Source: Chiloscyllium plagiosum (taxonomy: Eukaryota). From it: a stretch of DNA of 63,761 bases. Position numbers and translations under genes: made by a program. Below the pieces are notes generated by a model. That model saw only the letters and a program-made list of their open reading frames with translations. It was not told the origin of the DNA and made no database searches. Each line of letters begins with the position of its first letter. Position 1 is the stretch's first letter. The stretch is from NCBI RefSeq assembly GCF_004010195.1, contig NC_057710.1, forward strand, positions 35,632,869 through 35,696,629, read 5' to 3'. This document shows, in pieces, positions 12,031 through 25,403 of the stretch.

Positions 12031-13049
12031 TTGTGCATTTAACTAAGATACTAATACATTAAGCATAAAAGGCACAATATTGGTGAGTCAGTTCATATTT
12101 ACTGAGAATTCAATTTGTATTAGGTTGCAATTCTGGATTGTTTTTTTGGGACCTTGCCAGATTTGGTATAATTGAAATAACCCTCTCACTTGTATGTTGA
12201 GGAAGACGCACTAATAATAATTGGTCTGCAGGAATGATCCATCTCTCTTCAAAGGAAAGGAACATGTTGAGAGTACTACTGTCATACAGATAGTCTTTTA
12301 AACAAATCTAAACCAGATTTTAATACTCTGTGTTCTGTTATAAGGGTCCAGAAATCTCTCCTCATTCATCTACCTTTGCACCAAAGAGTATCACAAGTCA
12401 GCAGTACAGAAGACAATATGAGACCGTGTAAATTCTAAACAAGTTAGTAGTTTATTTAAGAGCAAAACATGCAATTCATAGTTTTGTGCGATATCAAATC
12501 ATAAAAATTACCAATTCTGGGAACAAATAGACATTACAATTTTACTTCCAGTAGCCAATGTTCAATTTCAAGGATTGTTACGTTATAAAGTAAATATCTA
12601 TCAATTATTAAAATTACATTTACTTTAATTTCCTGAGGGAACACTACAGAGTTCATAAGATGATTTATCCTAGTTAATGAGAGAAATATTATCCCCAGAC
12701 TCTAATTGTTATACCTTGATATTGAGAGACACTGAAACGAATTCAGTGAAATGAAAATACCAGTTTACGTTTTGAATATTTTTCGTGATTCTTGAGGATT
12801 TATAAATAAGTTCTTACATATTAGGGTGATATATTAATTATAATTAAATTTAGATTCTTTAAGCAACAAACAAAATTTACACCTTTATAAGTTCAAATAA
12901 GTATTGAGTTCGAAGTAAGAACATCCCCATTTGATTTTCAAGCAAATAAGGAGACAGGAGTACTCCTGTGAGTCTCAAAGTGGTCCCATTTCATTTATCA
13001 TCTGGCTGTGTTTTAAGATTATAATGCAGTTATTGGATTGGGATAACTT

Positions 13050-13770
13050 CATAAGAAAATCAGAGTCATGGAGTCAATTAACATGGTCCAATTCATCCAT
13101 GCTGACCAAGTTTCCTAACTGAACTAGTCACACTTATTTGCATTTGGTCTATATCCCTCAAAACCTTTCCTATTCTTGTCACTATCCAAATGTCACTTAA
13201 ATGTTGTAACTGTACCTACATCCACCACTTCCTCTGGCAGTTCATTCCACATGTGAATCACCCTCTGTGTGAAAAAGTTGCCCTCAAGGTGCCTCCTAAA
13301 TCTTAATAAAAACCAAAAGAACTGCAGATGCTGTAAATCAGAAACAAAAACAGAAATTGTGGGAAAAGCTCAGCATGTCTGACAGCATCTGTGAAGAGAA
13401 ATCAGAGTTAACGTTTTGGATCTGAAGAATGGTCACTGGGCCGGAAACATTAACTCTGATTTCTCTCCACAGATGCTGCCACACCTGTTGAGCTTTTCCA
13501 GCCATTTCTGTTTTTGCTCCCTTTTAAATCTTTCTCCTCTCACCTCAAAAATATGCTCCCTAGTTTTGAACTTTCCCACCCAAGGGAAAGACCTTGGCCT
13601 GACCTATGCCCCTTATGATTTTATAAATCTTTATAAGGTCACCCCTCAACTTCCTGTGCTCCAGTGAAAAAACTCCCAGCCTTTCCAACCTCTTCTTATA
13701 ACTCAAAGCCTCCAGTATCAGCAACATGTTGGTTAATCTTTTCTGAGCCCTCTTTAATTTAATAATATCC
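13050..13770 (-). mobile_element. CR1 LINE 3' end containing a PLE foldback insertion
   Basis: ccaccacttcctctggcagttcattccac...ccctctgtgtgaaaaagttgccc and ttataaatctttataaggtcacccctcaac (reverse of GDLIKIYKI). Confidence 0.85.
13305..13519 (-). mobile_element. PLE foldback insertion, second pLTR subfamily
   Basis: Arms aaaaacagaaattgtgggaaaagctcagc...cagagttaacgttt and aaacattaactctg...gagcttttccagccatttctgttttt; central CTGAAGA...GAAAC (13422-13448); TSD cctcctaaatctt / ccttttaaatctt. Confidence 0.82.
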
Positions 13771-15024
13771 TTTTTTTGTCATGCTTTGCTGTCTCCATCT
13801 TCTATCCAATTTTCTGACCTTGCAACATTCTTTGCAGAATTGTATGGTTTTCTTTCAGTATGGTATTACTGTGAACTTTCTTACTCCACCATAGATGGTG
13901 TATTCTTCTGAGATGGTGTATTTTTTCTCACTGGAATGTAATGCAAGCTGAATGTTATGAGACATTTCCTAAATGTCTGCCATTGCAACTCTAACATTTA
14001 GAACTATGAAAATAACATTAGTCAATTCAACACTATTATATTCTGGGACTTTGGGTGTCTCTTCTAAGGGTTTTGTTATGTAAGTAAAGAGAGGCAATTG
14101 CAAAAATCCATTGTCATTGACATGCAAACTGTATTTAACCTTTCAATATTTTAAAGTTTTTAAGTGCTCACACCTCTATTAACCTTATAACCTCTTATCA
14201 CGATTAATTTACACAAATCTTTTCTTATAAATGAAGGTGAGTCATGTCCTTACTGAATTAGATGTAATACAAGAATTATTACCCCAAATCTGAATGATTT
14301 GCAGGTGCCAGTGCTAGACTGGAGTAGACACAATTTTAATCCAAATCTCAAAATATCCGAAAGGATATTTTCTAGAAACATTATATGAATGGTGCAGTAT
14401 TTTAAGTATCTGGAACATACTATTAATGGATCTCATTTTACTTGATCTGTATGGCTATACTTTAGCTGTTCCATTAAGCTGCATTGTAGTCAAATATAGA
14501 GCATATGTTTAAGTTACACGACTCATAATCCTATATCATTTGTTTAAATCTGATCAAGACATCTGGGAAAATTAAGTTCATATTGATAAATTTGGAATTA
14601 AAGCTTAATATCAGAAATAGTGACTATAAAACCACTGCTTTGCTCTTAAACATCAAATGAGTTCAGAAATGCTCTTTCAGGAAGGAAATCTGCTCTCCTT
14701 ACCTGGTATGGCTTACATGTGCTCCCAGTCCCATGGTAGTTGTGATTGATATTTATTTGCCTTCTGAATTTGTTTAGCAAGACACATGATTGTTTCCAAA
14801 AATATGACTCAATGGACAATTAGCAATGGGTAACAAATGCTGACCTGGCCAAAACTACACAGATTTGTAAATGAACATTTTCAAAAATAAACTGCTCTTA
14901 TACCAAGCTGCAACCTTTTTCGATACTAAAAGGTGAATATATGAGGTCTTAGTTTCAGTGTTCCATTATATCTTTGTAAGATGCTTCCTAACTGCTACAG
15001 AATTTATTTAATCAACTTGTTCAG

Positions 15025-15110
15025 AGGTGTCATAACATGTATCTGAAGTAGGTGAGACTTGAACCTGGGCCTTCTGGCTTAGAGACAGGGACATTACTAA
15101 TGTGTCAGAA
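15025..15110 (-). mobile_element. Short tRNA-related repeat
   Basis: Minus strand gtccctgtctctaagccagaaggcccaggttcaagtctcacc with a B-box-like GGTTCAAGTC. Confidence 0.45.
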
Positions 15111-17240
15111 GACCCATTTCCTATCTACTGCGTATTTAGTTCTTTCTTGATTAGTGGCACGTAGGTTTGCTGTGAATATGCTGTGAACCTGGGTCATGAC
15201 ACTCCTGTAACTGTTGGGTCCTGAGAAATTCATTGCACAAATAGACAGCCTGCAGCAATGAGAAAGAAGACTGAAACAATAAAGTTTTCCCAATATTCAG
15301 AAGACTTTTTCAGTATTACCTAATGGGGCAAATGCTTTACATTGAAAGTTTAACCTGCCATGACACTTCCCTTCAAAGAACCAACCATTAACCTTTCCAT
15401 TAGGTAACACTTTGATGGCTAGATGCCTTACTAAAAGGGCATATATTACAAAGACTGAAAAACAGAAACACATAAAATCTGACTGAGAATGACAAGTAAT
15501 TATTTTGGTTGAGACTGTTTTTCAGAGGGGAGTTCACTCCAAAAGACAGGCCTTTATTTGCTACTCACTATATTTGTTGTTGTTTCTTCACATTTTATTT
15601 AACGTTTTTGGTGGAGTAAGTTTGTTTTCTAATAGCCTCGGCAGCTCTAGAAAGAAAAAAAGACATCTATGTGTTTCTTTCTCATTCCCAGTGTAAACGC
15701 CAGTGAATTAAAATTCTGCGCAGGCAAAGAGAAGAGAGAGTCAGACACCACGACACAATCTCATCTCAGATTGTATCATTTGCAGCCAATACGGCAATTC
15801 GCAGTAATCTGAACACTTCATTCAGCTCCTTGGGAAGGTATTATACATCAATATTACAGCTGCCTGTTACTGGCAAAAAAATGCCTGTACATTTGGATCT
15901 ATGAGCAGGGATTTTGTTGAAACGGTTATTACTCAATTTCACTCTGATGAACAACAGCAGTGGTTGCAATCCTTTGTTTTTATTAACTCCGAGGCATACT
16001 AACAAGGGGAACACTATTACACTAGATTCTCAGCCCGACACAGACCTGTGTGCCCCATTCTCAGTACACAGGCTGGTGGGCCTGCTTTATAGCATGTTGC
16101 ATTTTGTGGCAAAGAACATTCATCGGTTTTTGTAGGCTGTGATGATCATGACACCAGGCTCTGTATACCGACAAGAGCAGTATAAATTATGACTACATGC
16201 AGATGCAGCAGGTTCTCCGAGGGATAAGCCATTAAAAAAAAAGTAATACTGGGAAATGAATTTATTGGACACCAACTTGAAGTGAACAAGATGGGTTGGA
16301 CAAGTCCAGCGTGTCTTATTCTCCAGTTTTCCTGATTTTACCTTCTGAATTATTCATCAAACCCTTCTCTTGCTGCCAGCAGTTAAGAAGAGTCCTTCTC
16401 TTTAGTTTGAAGCTATGGCCTTCAAGGCTTCATGTCCTCTTCTAAATAACCTCTGGCTCACCAGCAATGCAAGACAGAAGTAGCACAGTGGACATATTTA
16501 AATTATATTATAAGAGGAGCTTGGATCATCTGGATGTCACAGTTTGCAAAGGCATTGCGCACTGCAACCCTCTCACTATGCAATTTGGGCATCAGTTATG
16601 CTGTCCCTGTTATGCAGGAGCTTTCAAATGTATGAAGTAATCCAGGCATGATCATGAAAGAAACAAGACAGTGTTTTCAATCAGTTTTGAAACCCACTAA
16701 AGAGCTTGGTTGGTGAAGAATAAATCTCCTAAAAGAGGGTGGAATGGTTATGCTTTAATAGCCTTCTTCTCTTCTTAAATTATGTTCTTAATGTGTCAGC
16801 TTTACAAGTTGGCACAGAGTTTGTACAACATCAATGTGTGTCAGGCAAGAAGGTCAGTGCACCCAATTCACAGTTTTACAATTTCTCAATCTCCAAATGT
16901 AGTGAACAAAGATTTGTGATGCAAATGCCAAATCATAAAAATATACACCCCACATTGATGTTATATTATTTTGATGACCACAATACAAAAACCCTTTGGA
17001 GGTGAAAGGAACAGTTGCATCTATGTAGCATCTACATAGCATAATGATCACTAATAACTCAATATGCTTTCCAGTTGTGGCTGTAATGTAGATACCTCCT
17101 TAAATTTCAAATGCATGCCACTATTTACATTTATTTCACCATCTCTTTTGCACGGAGATGTCAGCAGTCCTAAATGGAGGTGGTTGCTACAGAAGGTCCT
17201 CAAGGTAGAATTTTTTTGATTAACATGTTCAAATACGTTA

Positions 17241-17472
17241 TGGGTGACTGTCTGTGTGGAGTTTGCTCATTCTCCCCGTGTCTGCGTGGTTTTCCTCTGA
17301 GTGCTCCGGTTTCCTCCCACAATCCAAAGATGTGCAGATCATACTAAATTGCCCATAGTGTTAGGTGCATTAGTCAGAGGGAAAAGGGTCTGGGTGGGTT
17401 CCTTTTTGGAGGGTCGGTGCGCACTTGTTGGGCCAAATCACCTGTTTCCACACTGTAGGGAATCTAATCTAA
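17241..17472 (+). mobile_element. HE1-type SINE, 5'-truncated
   Basis: gactgtctgtgtggagtttgc...ctgtttccacactgtagggaatctaatcta. Confidence 0.85.
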
Positions 17473-17559
17473 TACCTGGGTCAGGTGGGTTTGAGCCTTT
17501 CTGGCACAGAGGTAGGGGCACACAATATCCTAAGTTCTTCTAAATAGTGTCCTAGGCTC

Positions 17560-18575
17560 AACCATCTTCAGCTGCTGCATCGTTAACCTTCCCTCCATCA
17601 TAAAGTAAAGAATGGAGATGGTAACTGATGATTGAATAATATTCAGCATCATTTGCAATTCCTTCGATACTGAAGAAGTCAATGTCCATCTGCATCAAGA
17701 CCTGGGCAAATTCCAGGCTTTTTTTAGTAAGTGGCAAATGACATTCATGCTGCACATTTGCCAAAGGAACTAACCATCTCTCCTAATAGTGGGATTACTG
17801 TCACTGAATTCTCCCCTCTCAATGTCCTGGGGTTACCATTGATCAGAAACTGAGCTGGACCACTCATAAAGATACAAGAGCAGGATAGAGACTAGGGAAT
17901 ACTCCAGTGAGTAACTCACCTCCTAACTCCCCAAAACCTGCTCACCATCTTCAGGGCAGGAGTCAGGAGTGTGATAGAATACTCCCCACTTGCCTGGAGG
18001 GTGCAGCTCCAACAACATTCAACAACCTTGGCACCATTGAGGACAAAGCACCCTACTTGATTAGCACTCTGTCAACATTCACTTCCTTCACCACCAAAGC
18101 ATAGTGGTAGCAGTGTGTACTATGTATAATATGCATTGTAGCAACTCATCAGGGCTCCTTCAGAGTTTTTACAGCATTGGAAGAGGTTATCCAGCCCATC
18201 ATATTCATACCAATCATCAAACATCCATCTCTTGGCATTTCATTTTCCAGCATTCAGCCAGAGCCTGTATACCTTGGTATTTCAAATGTCCATCTGAATA
18301 TTTATTAAATGTCTTGAGGTTTCCTGCTTCTGTCACCCTTTTAGGCAGTGAGTAACAGACACGTACAACTCACAGCTCTTGATTGTTCCATACGACCTTC
18401 AAATCCCACCACCCCTATCACCTAGAAGGTCAACGAAAGCAGATGCAAGGAAAAGCCAACACATAAAAGTTGCCCTCTAAGACATGAAACTATATCACTG
18501 CTCATTCACTGTTGATGGGTCAAAATCCTGAAGCTCCTTTCCTATTTGGACTGTGGGTGCCTCTACAACACATGG
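17560..18575 (+). mobile_element. Old CR1-group (L2B/Crack-like) LINE RT 3' fragment, interrupted by a CR1 tail at ~18165-18370
   Basis: Degenerate PTIFSCCIVNLPSII, ILGVTIDQKLSW and GAAPTTFNNLGTIEDKA; same family as 36815-37645. Confidence 0.75.
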
Positions 18576-18780
18576 GGCTATAACCAGGGCAGGGAGGGAA
18601 CAGACTGTTAAATCTTTAACTAAAAGGTTGGTCAGAAATAAACTAACCAAAACAATGTTCACTCTGTAATGACAGTACAGCATGTGAACAAGGTGATAGT
18701 GGGATTTCTGTGCTTCATTGTGAGGAATTCCTGTCCATCAGAGCTGCCAACTAATATGATTGGTAGCTCTTGCAGACCCA

Positions 18781-19395
18781 GAGAAAGATGCTGGAGATCA
18801 GAGTCGAAAAGCTTGGCACTGGGAAAGCACAGCAGATCAGGCAGCATCTGAAGAGCAGGAGAGTCAACGATTCAGGCGTAAGCCCTTCATCAGGTATGTG
18901 GAGAGTGGTGGGGAGGCGGAGGAAGGGGACTGAGAGATAAATAGGAGGGTGGGGTTGAGGCTGGGGGAAAGGTAGCTGGGAAGGCGATAGGGGTTTCTGG
19001 TGGGGGGTGTTGGTGATAGTTTGGAGTGGAGGGTATAGCAGATAGGTGGGAAGTAAGATGCACAGGTAGGACAGTTCAAGAGGGTGGTGCCGAGTTGGAA
19101 GGGTGGATCTGGGATGAGGTGGGGGGGAGGGGAGACTAGGAAACTAGTGAAATTTACATTGATGTTGTGTGGTTGGAAGGCCCCAAGGTGGAAGCTGAGG
19201 TGTTCTTCCTCCAGGCATCTGATGGCTAGAGTTTGGCGGTGGAGGAGGCCCAGGACTTGCATGTCCTTGGTGGAGTGGGAGGGGGAGTTGAAGTGGTCGG
19301 CCACAGGGCGGTGCGAGTGTCCCAGAGGTGTTGCCTGAAACGTTCCGTGAGTTGGCATCCTGTCTCCCCAATGTAGAGGAGAACACATCTTGCAG
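18781..19395 (-). mobile_element. Penelope 3' fragment: GIY-YIG C-terminal part plus pLTR with hammerhead motif
   Basis: RPVADHFNSPSHSTKDMQVLGLL...LEEEHLSFHLGAFQPHNINVNF; minus strand CTGATGAAGGGCTTACGCCTGAATCGTT at ~18865-18893. Confidence 0.9.
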
Positions 19396-19825
19396 AGATG
19401 GTAGTGCCAGAGCTGGGTAGTGATGGCAGTCATGGATCAAGGATGGAGGTAAGTCAGGGCTATTGAGGAGGTAGGTATTAGGCATCTTAGGGAGGGGAAT
19501 TGCAGGAGGTGTGGGCTTTGCAGTGCAAATGGGGAGGAAGGAGGGTGCTATTTTCTGGCTAGGTGTAGCCAATGTGTGAAGTCCACTCGTTGAAGACAGC
19601 AACCCCTTCCTTCTTGCAATTTTAATACCACTTCCAGAAAAACTGGCTCTCCATTTCTGCCTGGTGTGGTGTGGGTGAGATAATATTGGGGTAAATAAGC
19701 TTTTAATGATCTCTTAATTGTTTATTTACCTGAGGCCGGTCAGCTGATGATTTAGACTCTCACCCAAACTCCATGTCGTCAGGGAGAGTCAGTGGAAGGG
19801 TGGGAATGTGGCAGGTCAGTCAACT

Positions 19826-20135
19826 GGGCGGCACGGTGGCTCAGTAGTTAGCATTGCTGCCGCACGGGACCAAGGTTCGATTCCACCCTCAACTGACTAT
19901 CTGCATGGAGTTTGCACATTCACCCTGTGTCTGCATGGGTTTCCTCCAGTTGCTCCATTTCCCTCCCACAGTCCAAGGATGTGCAGGTGAGGTGGATTGG
20001 CCATGCCAAATTGCCCACAGTGTTCAGGGATGTACAGGTTAGGCAGATTAGCCATGGGAAATGCAGGGTTACAGGGATGCTGTTGGAGGGTTGATGGGCT
20101 GAATGGCCTGCTTCCCCACTGTTGGGATTCTCTGT
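19826..20135 (+). mobile_element. HE1-type tRNA SINE
   Basis: gggcggcacggtggctcagtagttagc...ggttcgattcc head. Confidence 0.88.
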
Positions 20136-20729
20136 AACAAATCAAACTTCAGCTCACAGCTACCTTCTTCATGTCAATTATGGATGGGAAACAAGCATTG
20201 CGCACTTCCCATGTAAGAATGAAAAAAGCAGACCACTCCATGAAATGCTTAATCTATCCCTTGATTAATGTCTGCAGGGATTTATAACAAAAAAAACTAC
20301 CAGTGTGAGAAACCCTGCGACACACAGGTTCAATCACTGAAAGACGTGAACACTGAATGTGGGGCAGGAATGAAACAAAACTTGATGTATGCAATTTTAA
20401 TACTTACTGGCAGGACTTGAAGTTAACTGACGTGTTAATAGAATTATCAGCAGATGTACAGTATGTAACATTAATTAAAAAGTGTCAGACATGTTGGACT
20501 GTTTTACAGAGAGTAGAGAAGCTGAGATCCCCAATTAAATGACATCCAACTTATTAATTTTAATCAAATTCTTAGTTATATCATTTGCTATAGTAAATGG
20601 TGTGCGACTTGAAAAAATGCTCTGGTTTGCCAGACTCAGAGGTGTTGTTCCCCACAGAGGTGTAGAATCACACATTGCTTAAATTCGTCAAAAATGTTTA
20701 GAACAAGATCCAAGCTGGCAGGGTTAAAA

Positions 20730-21090
20730 AGAAAAACAGCAAATGCTGGAAATCTGAAACAAAAGTAGAAAATTCAGAATAAACATAACAGGAAGTTTCT
20801 CAACTTCTGAAAGGACTAAAATATATTTTGAGCGATAGACACATCATCAGAACTTCGCTTTCAGTTTTGACAATGATTCTGCACCTAAAATATTACACCA
20901 AATCTGCTGCTGCTTTCCCTCCAATTCTACACTATTTCCCTTTTCTCAAATTTGTCATATTCCTGGGGACATACCCAGTACTCTTTTAAAAGTCACTACA
21001 GGGCTGAAAGGTTAACTCTGTTTTGCTCTCCACAGATGTTGCCAGACCTGCTGACTATTTGCAACACATTCTGGTTTTACTTCAGCTTTG
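20730..21090. mobile_element. Degraded opposed PLE pLTR pair
   Basis: aaacagcaaatgctggaaatctgaaacaaaagtagaaa (minus pLTR end) and gaaaggttaactctgttttgctctccacagatgttgccagacctgctg (plus pLTR). Confidence 0.55.
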
Positions 21091-22039
21091 GAGCATTCTT
21101 ACTATCATGCGTTTGTGAAAGTAAATTGCTACCTCGCACAGCAAGTGTACAGACAAGCAACCCCAGGGTGATTAACTCCCTGTGCCCACCAGGGATAAAA
21201 CTCACCTGATTGGTCCTTAAAATGCTCACAAGGCAAGATTCTTGTTCAATCCCCCAAGCCTCCCCTGATGGGGCACTGTGATGAAACTGTAATCAAATAG
21301 CCAGTGAAAACTTACAGAACTGTCAAGGAAACTTATCAAATTTACATCAAAATTATCATTACCAGATAATGTAGTCCATTGCCTATGGTCCCCACTGGTC
21401 CCTAAAGGCTTGTATTTTACTGGTAGAGATTGCAAGGTCCCTCATGTTGGACATCTGAGTGTGGATATAACCACAGAGGAGGGGCAGAGAGTCAAGAACT
21501 ACAATCCCTTCCCAGGACTTTTCTAGCCTGCAGAAATGAATGGTAATTGGGCCTTTGGTGAGTTAAGAGGCTATTAATTGACTGTTTAAGGGCCTGTTTG
21601 GTAGTGGGATGGGAGAGTCCGTCAGGACTGGAAATGGCTTGCTGAGTTAGTGAAAAGGGGACAAGTATCTCTCCAGGGCTACTTTGTTCAATTATCTGTT
21701 TTCTCATCACCTCCAGGGAGGAGAAAAGTACACCCCTGTGGGAACTGATGTTACACGAGTGACAAATAGGTCACTGGGGAAAAGTCATTAGGAGGAGAGT
21801 TGAGGGGATAAGTTGTGCAGCAAAAGGAGCATTTCTCTTTTCAACATTCTGCTGCTAAAGTCACCAAAGAATGTACAACGGCTTCTTCCTTGAAGGAAAA
21901 AAGATATGAAAGAAAAGTTGTGGGCTTGCTCGAGAATGACTGGTAGAGTTGCAACAGACTGTACAAAACGAGGTAACATGTGAACATCAATGTGACAGTC
22001 ACACAGAATAATGTCCCTGACCCAGTATTGTCAATGAAA

Positions 22040-22260
22040 AGTGGAGGTATAGTAAAAAGATGATATTTGACAAAGAAGAGGGCAATACAAGTTTGATAGC
22101 TCAAAGAGATGGATTTTGAGGAGGCTGTTGAAAGAGAACATAGAAGCGGAGAAGGAGAGGTTTGGAAGGGAATTCCAAGATGTGGTGCCTTTGTAAATGG
22201 TGCCAGGTGAGGGTTGGAGCAAATGGCGGAAACCTGTGTAGGGGTTAGAGCTGGTGAAAT
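22040..22260 (-). mobile_element. L2 LINE 3' fragment
   Basis: Minus strand GTTSWNSLPNLSFSASMFSFNSLLKIHLFE, typical of the L2 ORF2 end. Confidence 0.65.
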
Positions 22261-23139
22261 GGAAACTTTGGTGTTAGAGGTAAGGGAGCAGGGGAGTAGT
22301 GAAGGCGAGTTTGGAGTCTGTAGACGTGATGCTTGGGTGGAAGTAAGATACATTTGAATTATAGCAGAAAAATATTTTCCCATTAAACAACATTTTTCCT
22401 TAACGAATCAGAAATTTGATTTACTGGAGGCACTGGCCTTTAGTTAACAAATACAGCATGAGATCCATTTTAAACATGCAGATTATGTTTATGTCAAACA
22501 CTTGCTTTCCACCCAGCAACACTTATCCCCATTAGCTCCATAAAATAATTCCATCTAAAACTCGAATACTTGAAAAGTGAATGAGATTCATCTCTCAGGC
22601 TCTCACAGAAGTGTTAGATGGGCACTAGACATAGGTGAAGTGTATGGTAATATGGAAATATTCTTCTGTTTCAGAAGGTGAAAGTAGAAAACTCTCAAAA
22701 ATAAAAGGTGCCAGAGAAATTGAAGAAATAAAATTGAAATACAAAATAATAAAATGGTAGAACAACACAGAAGGAGACCATTTAGTCCTTTGAGCATATT
22801 TTGTAACATTATTCAGTCAAGACAATTCTAGCTTTTGCTTTACATTGTATCTTGGGAAGCATTGAGGATTTTCTAACAAAAAGTGTTGACAGTCAAGAAC
22901 ATCCTTTATATTTTGTTCAAAATGTTCACAAATCTCCAAGTAAAATTTTACTATTCAATTTTACAGCCGTAAGCTCATTATTTGAGCTGTTTTTGCAGTG
23001 AATTGGTCCTATTGTTAAAATTGTGAGAATAATTTTACCCTGATTAAACAATTAGTTAAATTAATTGTGTTAAAATATCTGCTTTGATAAAATGGAGATT
23101 TAAGATGAATAAGTTACATAGACCAGTTTACACCCTTTG

Positions 23140-24140
23140 ATAATACTGACCGAGCAAATTTGCAAGGCATTGTCAGTTTTCATAGAACAGTTGCTAAGCA
23201 GCACTGGTGTTACCCTCCAGGACTGTCTGTCAGCAAACATCCAACCTTTATTTAAAAGGTTAACTCAGGCAACTCCAGCTAACCCCATTAGCTTAACATC
23301 AATAATTTGTAAGATAATGGAATGTCTTTCAGAGGGGTAAACTGCAGGAATACATTATAGAAGTGACTTCCCAATGCACAAGGAATACAGAGCAGGAACA
23401 CAAGAATAGAAGGAAGATATTGGAAATTGCCAAAAATGTCTTTAAAAGATTTTGTTTATTTAGAGTATATTAAATTTTCTAAAGACCTGTGAGAAAGACA
23501 TCTGATAAAACATTGAAAATCCAATAAGGAATGTGGATTTGGATAAATACTGGTTTTAAAAAGTCAACAGGAGACAGTGTAAATGTGCAAGTTGAAATGT
23601 CAGACTTAAAAAAAATGATGGATCAGAGGTCTCCTAGAATCAACACTTGGATAGCTAGTGCTTATGACTATGTCAGTGATGTAAACAAAAACTGCTAAAT
23701 CTGACTGTAGGCCAGTCAAAATTTGTAACGGTAATCAAATTTGGCAGGCAGTTGAGATCGGACGTACAGCAAAGAATTTAGCAATGCAATTTGGCAGACA
23801 AATGGTAATTTAAATTGATCCATGATTCACTGCACTTGCATCAATAACTGGAACATTTATTATTGCAATCAATGCAGTTGAGCTAGGAGCAGAAGAGGCA
23901 AAAAGAAACTTGAAGTGAAGCTGAGGTAGGAAATAACTGATTTCACCAGCTCTTTGCCAGCTAATGTTGCTTGTGGGATTACCCAGTAGATTCAACAGTA
24001 ACTTTTGAAAGGGAGTTGGTAAATGCATTTCAGCACTGTAGGCAGAAACTGGAGAGTGGGACTAATTGCATAGGTATTTCAAAGATTTGATAGACACAGC
24101 AAGATGAAAGGCTTCCTAATCTGTTGTAAGATTTTATAAA
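23140..24140 (+). mobile_element. Highly degraded CR1 RT and tail
   Basis: NIQPLFK...PANPISLTSIICKIME; later agaggtctcctagaatcaacacttgg and ggcagacaaatggtaatttaaatt. Confidence 0.6.
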
Positions 24141-24364
24141 TGATGGTGGATAGCCACACAAACATGAGTGTACATATTCAAAGTCAGCAGTAATAACACA
24201 ATGCTGCCAGTTGTCTCACTTACTACCATTACCGTCAAAACAATATTAAATATGAGTGATGCCAACCTGTTGGTGAATCATTCATTGGTCTGCCTGACTG
24301 AGTGCACAAAAAAAACGTGATTTTTCGATATTGGCTTCAATCCAAGAAAGAACAGGGGCGGGTA

Positions 24365-24600
24365 GAGTCATAGAGTCACTTAGCCATATCCCTCCAAATA
24401 TTTCTTATTCATGTACTTATCCAAATATCTTTTAAAAGTTGTAACTGTACCCACATCCATCACTTGTTCCAGAAGTTTATTCCACATACGAATGCTCTGT
24501 GTAAAAAAATCACCCATCATGTCTTTTTAAAAGCTTTCTCCTCTTTCAACTCCCCAAGCCTAGGGGAAAAGGCCATTGTCATTTACTTTTTCAATGCCCA
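24365..24600 (-). mobile_element. CR1 3' tail fragment
   Basis: agagtcatagagtca tail repeat; gttgtaactgtacccacatccatcactt. Confidence 0.7.
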
Positions 24601-25178
24601 TCCAGTAAGTTATTTTAAACCTGGGGTTTTTCTTGCCCTTCCCTGCAATACGTGTCTCAAATGTTGCCTACAGAAACTTCTTAATACTAAAGCTACAGTC
24701 ATTTAGTGGAATTAAGAAATAAAGCTGTTTTATTAATGTAAGTGTCTTCAAAGGGTGGAATTTTCTAGTTTTTGAATCCTCCAAATGTGGTAGCAGATGC
24801 CAAAAGTCATAGGACACCCCTTGCCACCATAAACAGGACAGACTACCAGATCCAGCAGACAGTAAGTGGCCAACTGATGAGCCTTTGGGCAGTGGAACAA
24901 TGATACCATACCTGCCTTGGAGTTGTCAGAGGTTCTGAGGCTAGCAGCATTGGGATAGCAGCATCATCTCAGGGACTGAGGCTGCCAACTGCACAGCAAC
25001 TCCAAAGTCCAGGAGAGAGGCCAAGGTCGGTCACCTTTCAGTGAAGATCATAGGGTAATGATCACAGGAATACGGTGCTAAGGGAAGAATCACTGAATCA
25101 CAGAGGTGCTAGCTCAGAAGTAGGTCATTCAGCTCAATGTGCCCAGACTGGTTCATTATATGAACATCATTTTCAAGT

Positions 25179-25403
25179 AGAAAGTGAGGACTGCAGATGC
25201 TGGAGATCAGAGCTGAAAATGTGTTGCTGGAAAAGCGCAGCAGGTCAGGCAGCATCCAAGGAACAGGAGAATCGACATTTCGGGCATAAGCCCTTTTTCA
25301 GGACATAAGCCATTCCTGAAGAAGGGCTTATGCCCGAAACGTCGATTCTCCTGTTCCTTGGATGCTGCCTGACCTGCTGCGCTTTTCCAGCAACACATTT
25401 TCA
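25179..25403 (-). mobile_element. Young PLE foldback insertion with a near-perfect 90-bp inverted repeat
   Basis: Arms 25214-25303 and 25314-25403 differ at 2 positions; 10-nt loop; extra 35-nt pLTR terminus on the left; TSD catcattttcaagt (25165-25178) / catcattttgaagt (25402-25415). Confidence 0.92.
25316..25343 (+). ncRNA. Minimal hammerhead ribozyme motif (intact core)
   Basis: CTGAAGA-A-GGGC-TTAT-GCCC-GAAA-CGTC; all core nucleotides present, with a palindromic ACGT in place of helix III. Confidence 0.7.

Noticed and set aside
25179-25403. Foldbacks interpreted as classical DNA-transposon MITEs or as CRISPR-like arrays
   Set aside because: The arms match Penelope pLTRs, are asymmetric and have variable 9-14-bp TSDs. 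There is no repeat-spacer periodicity, and the DNA is eukaryotic.
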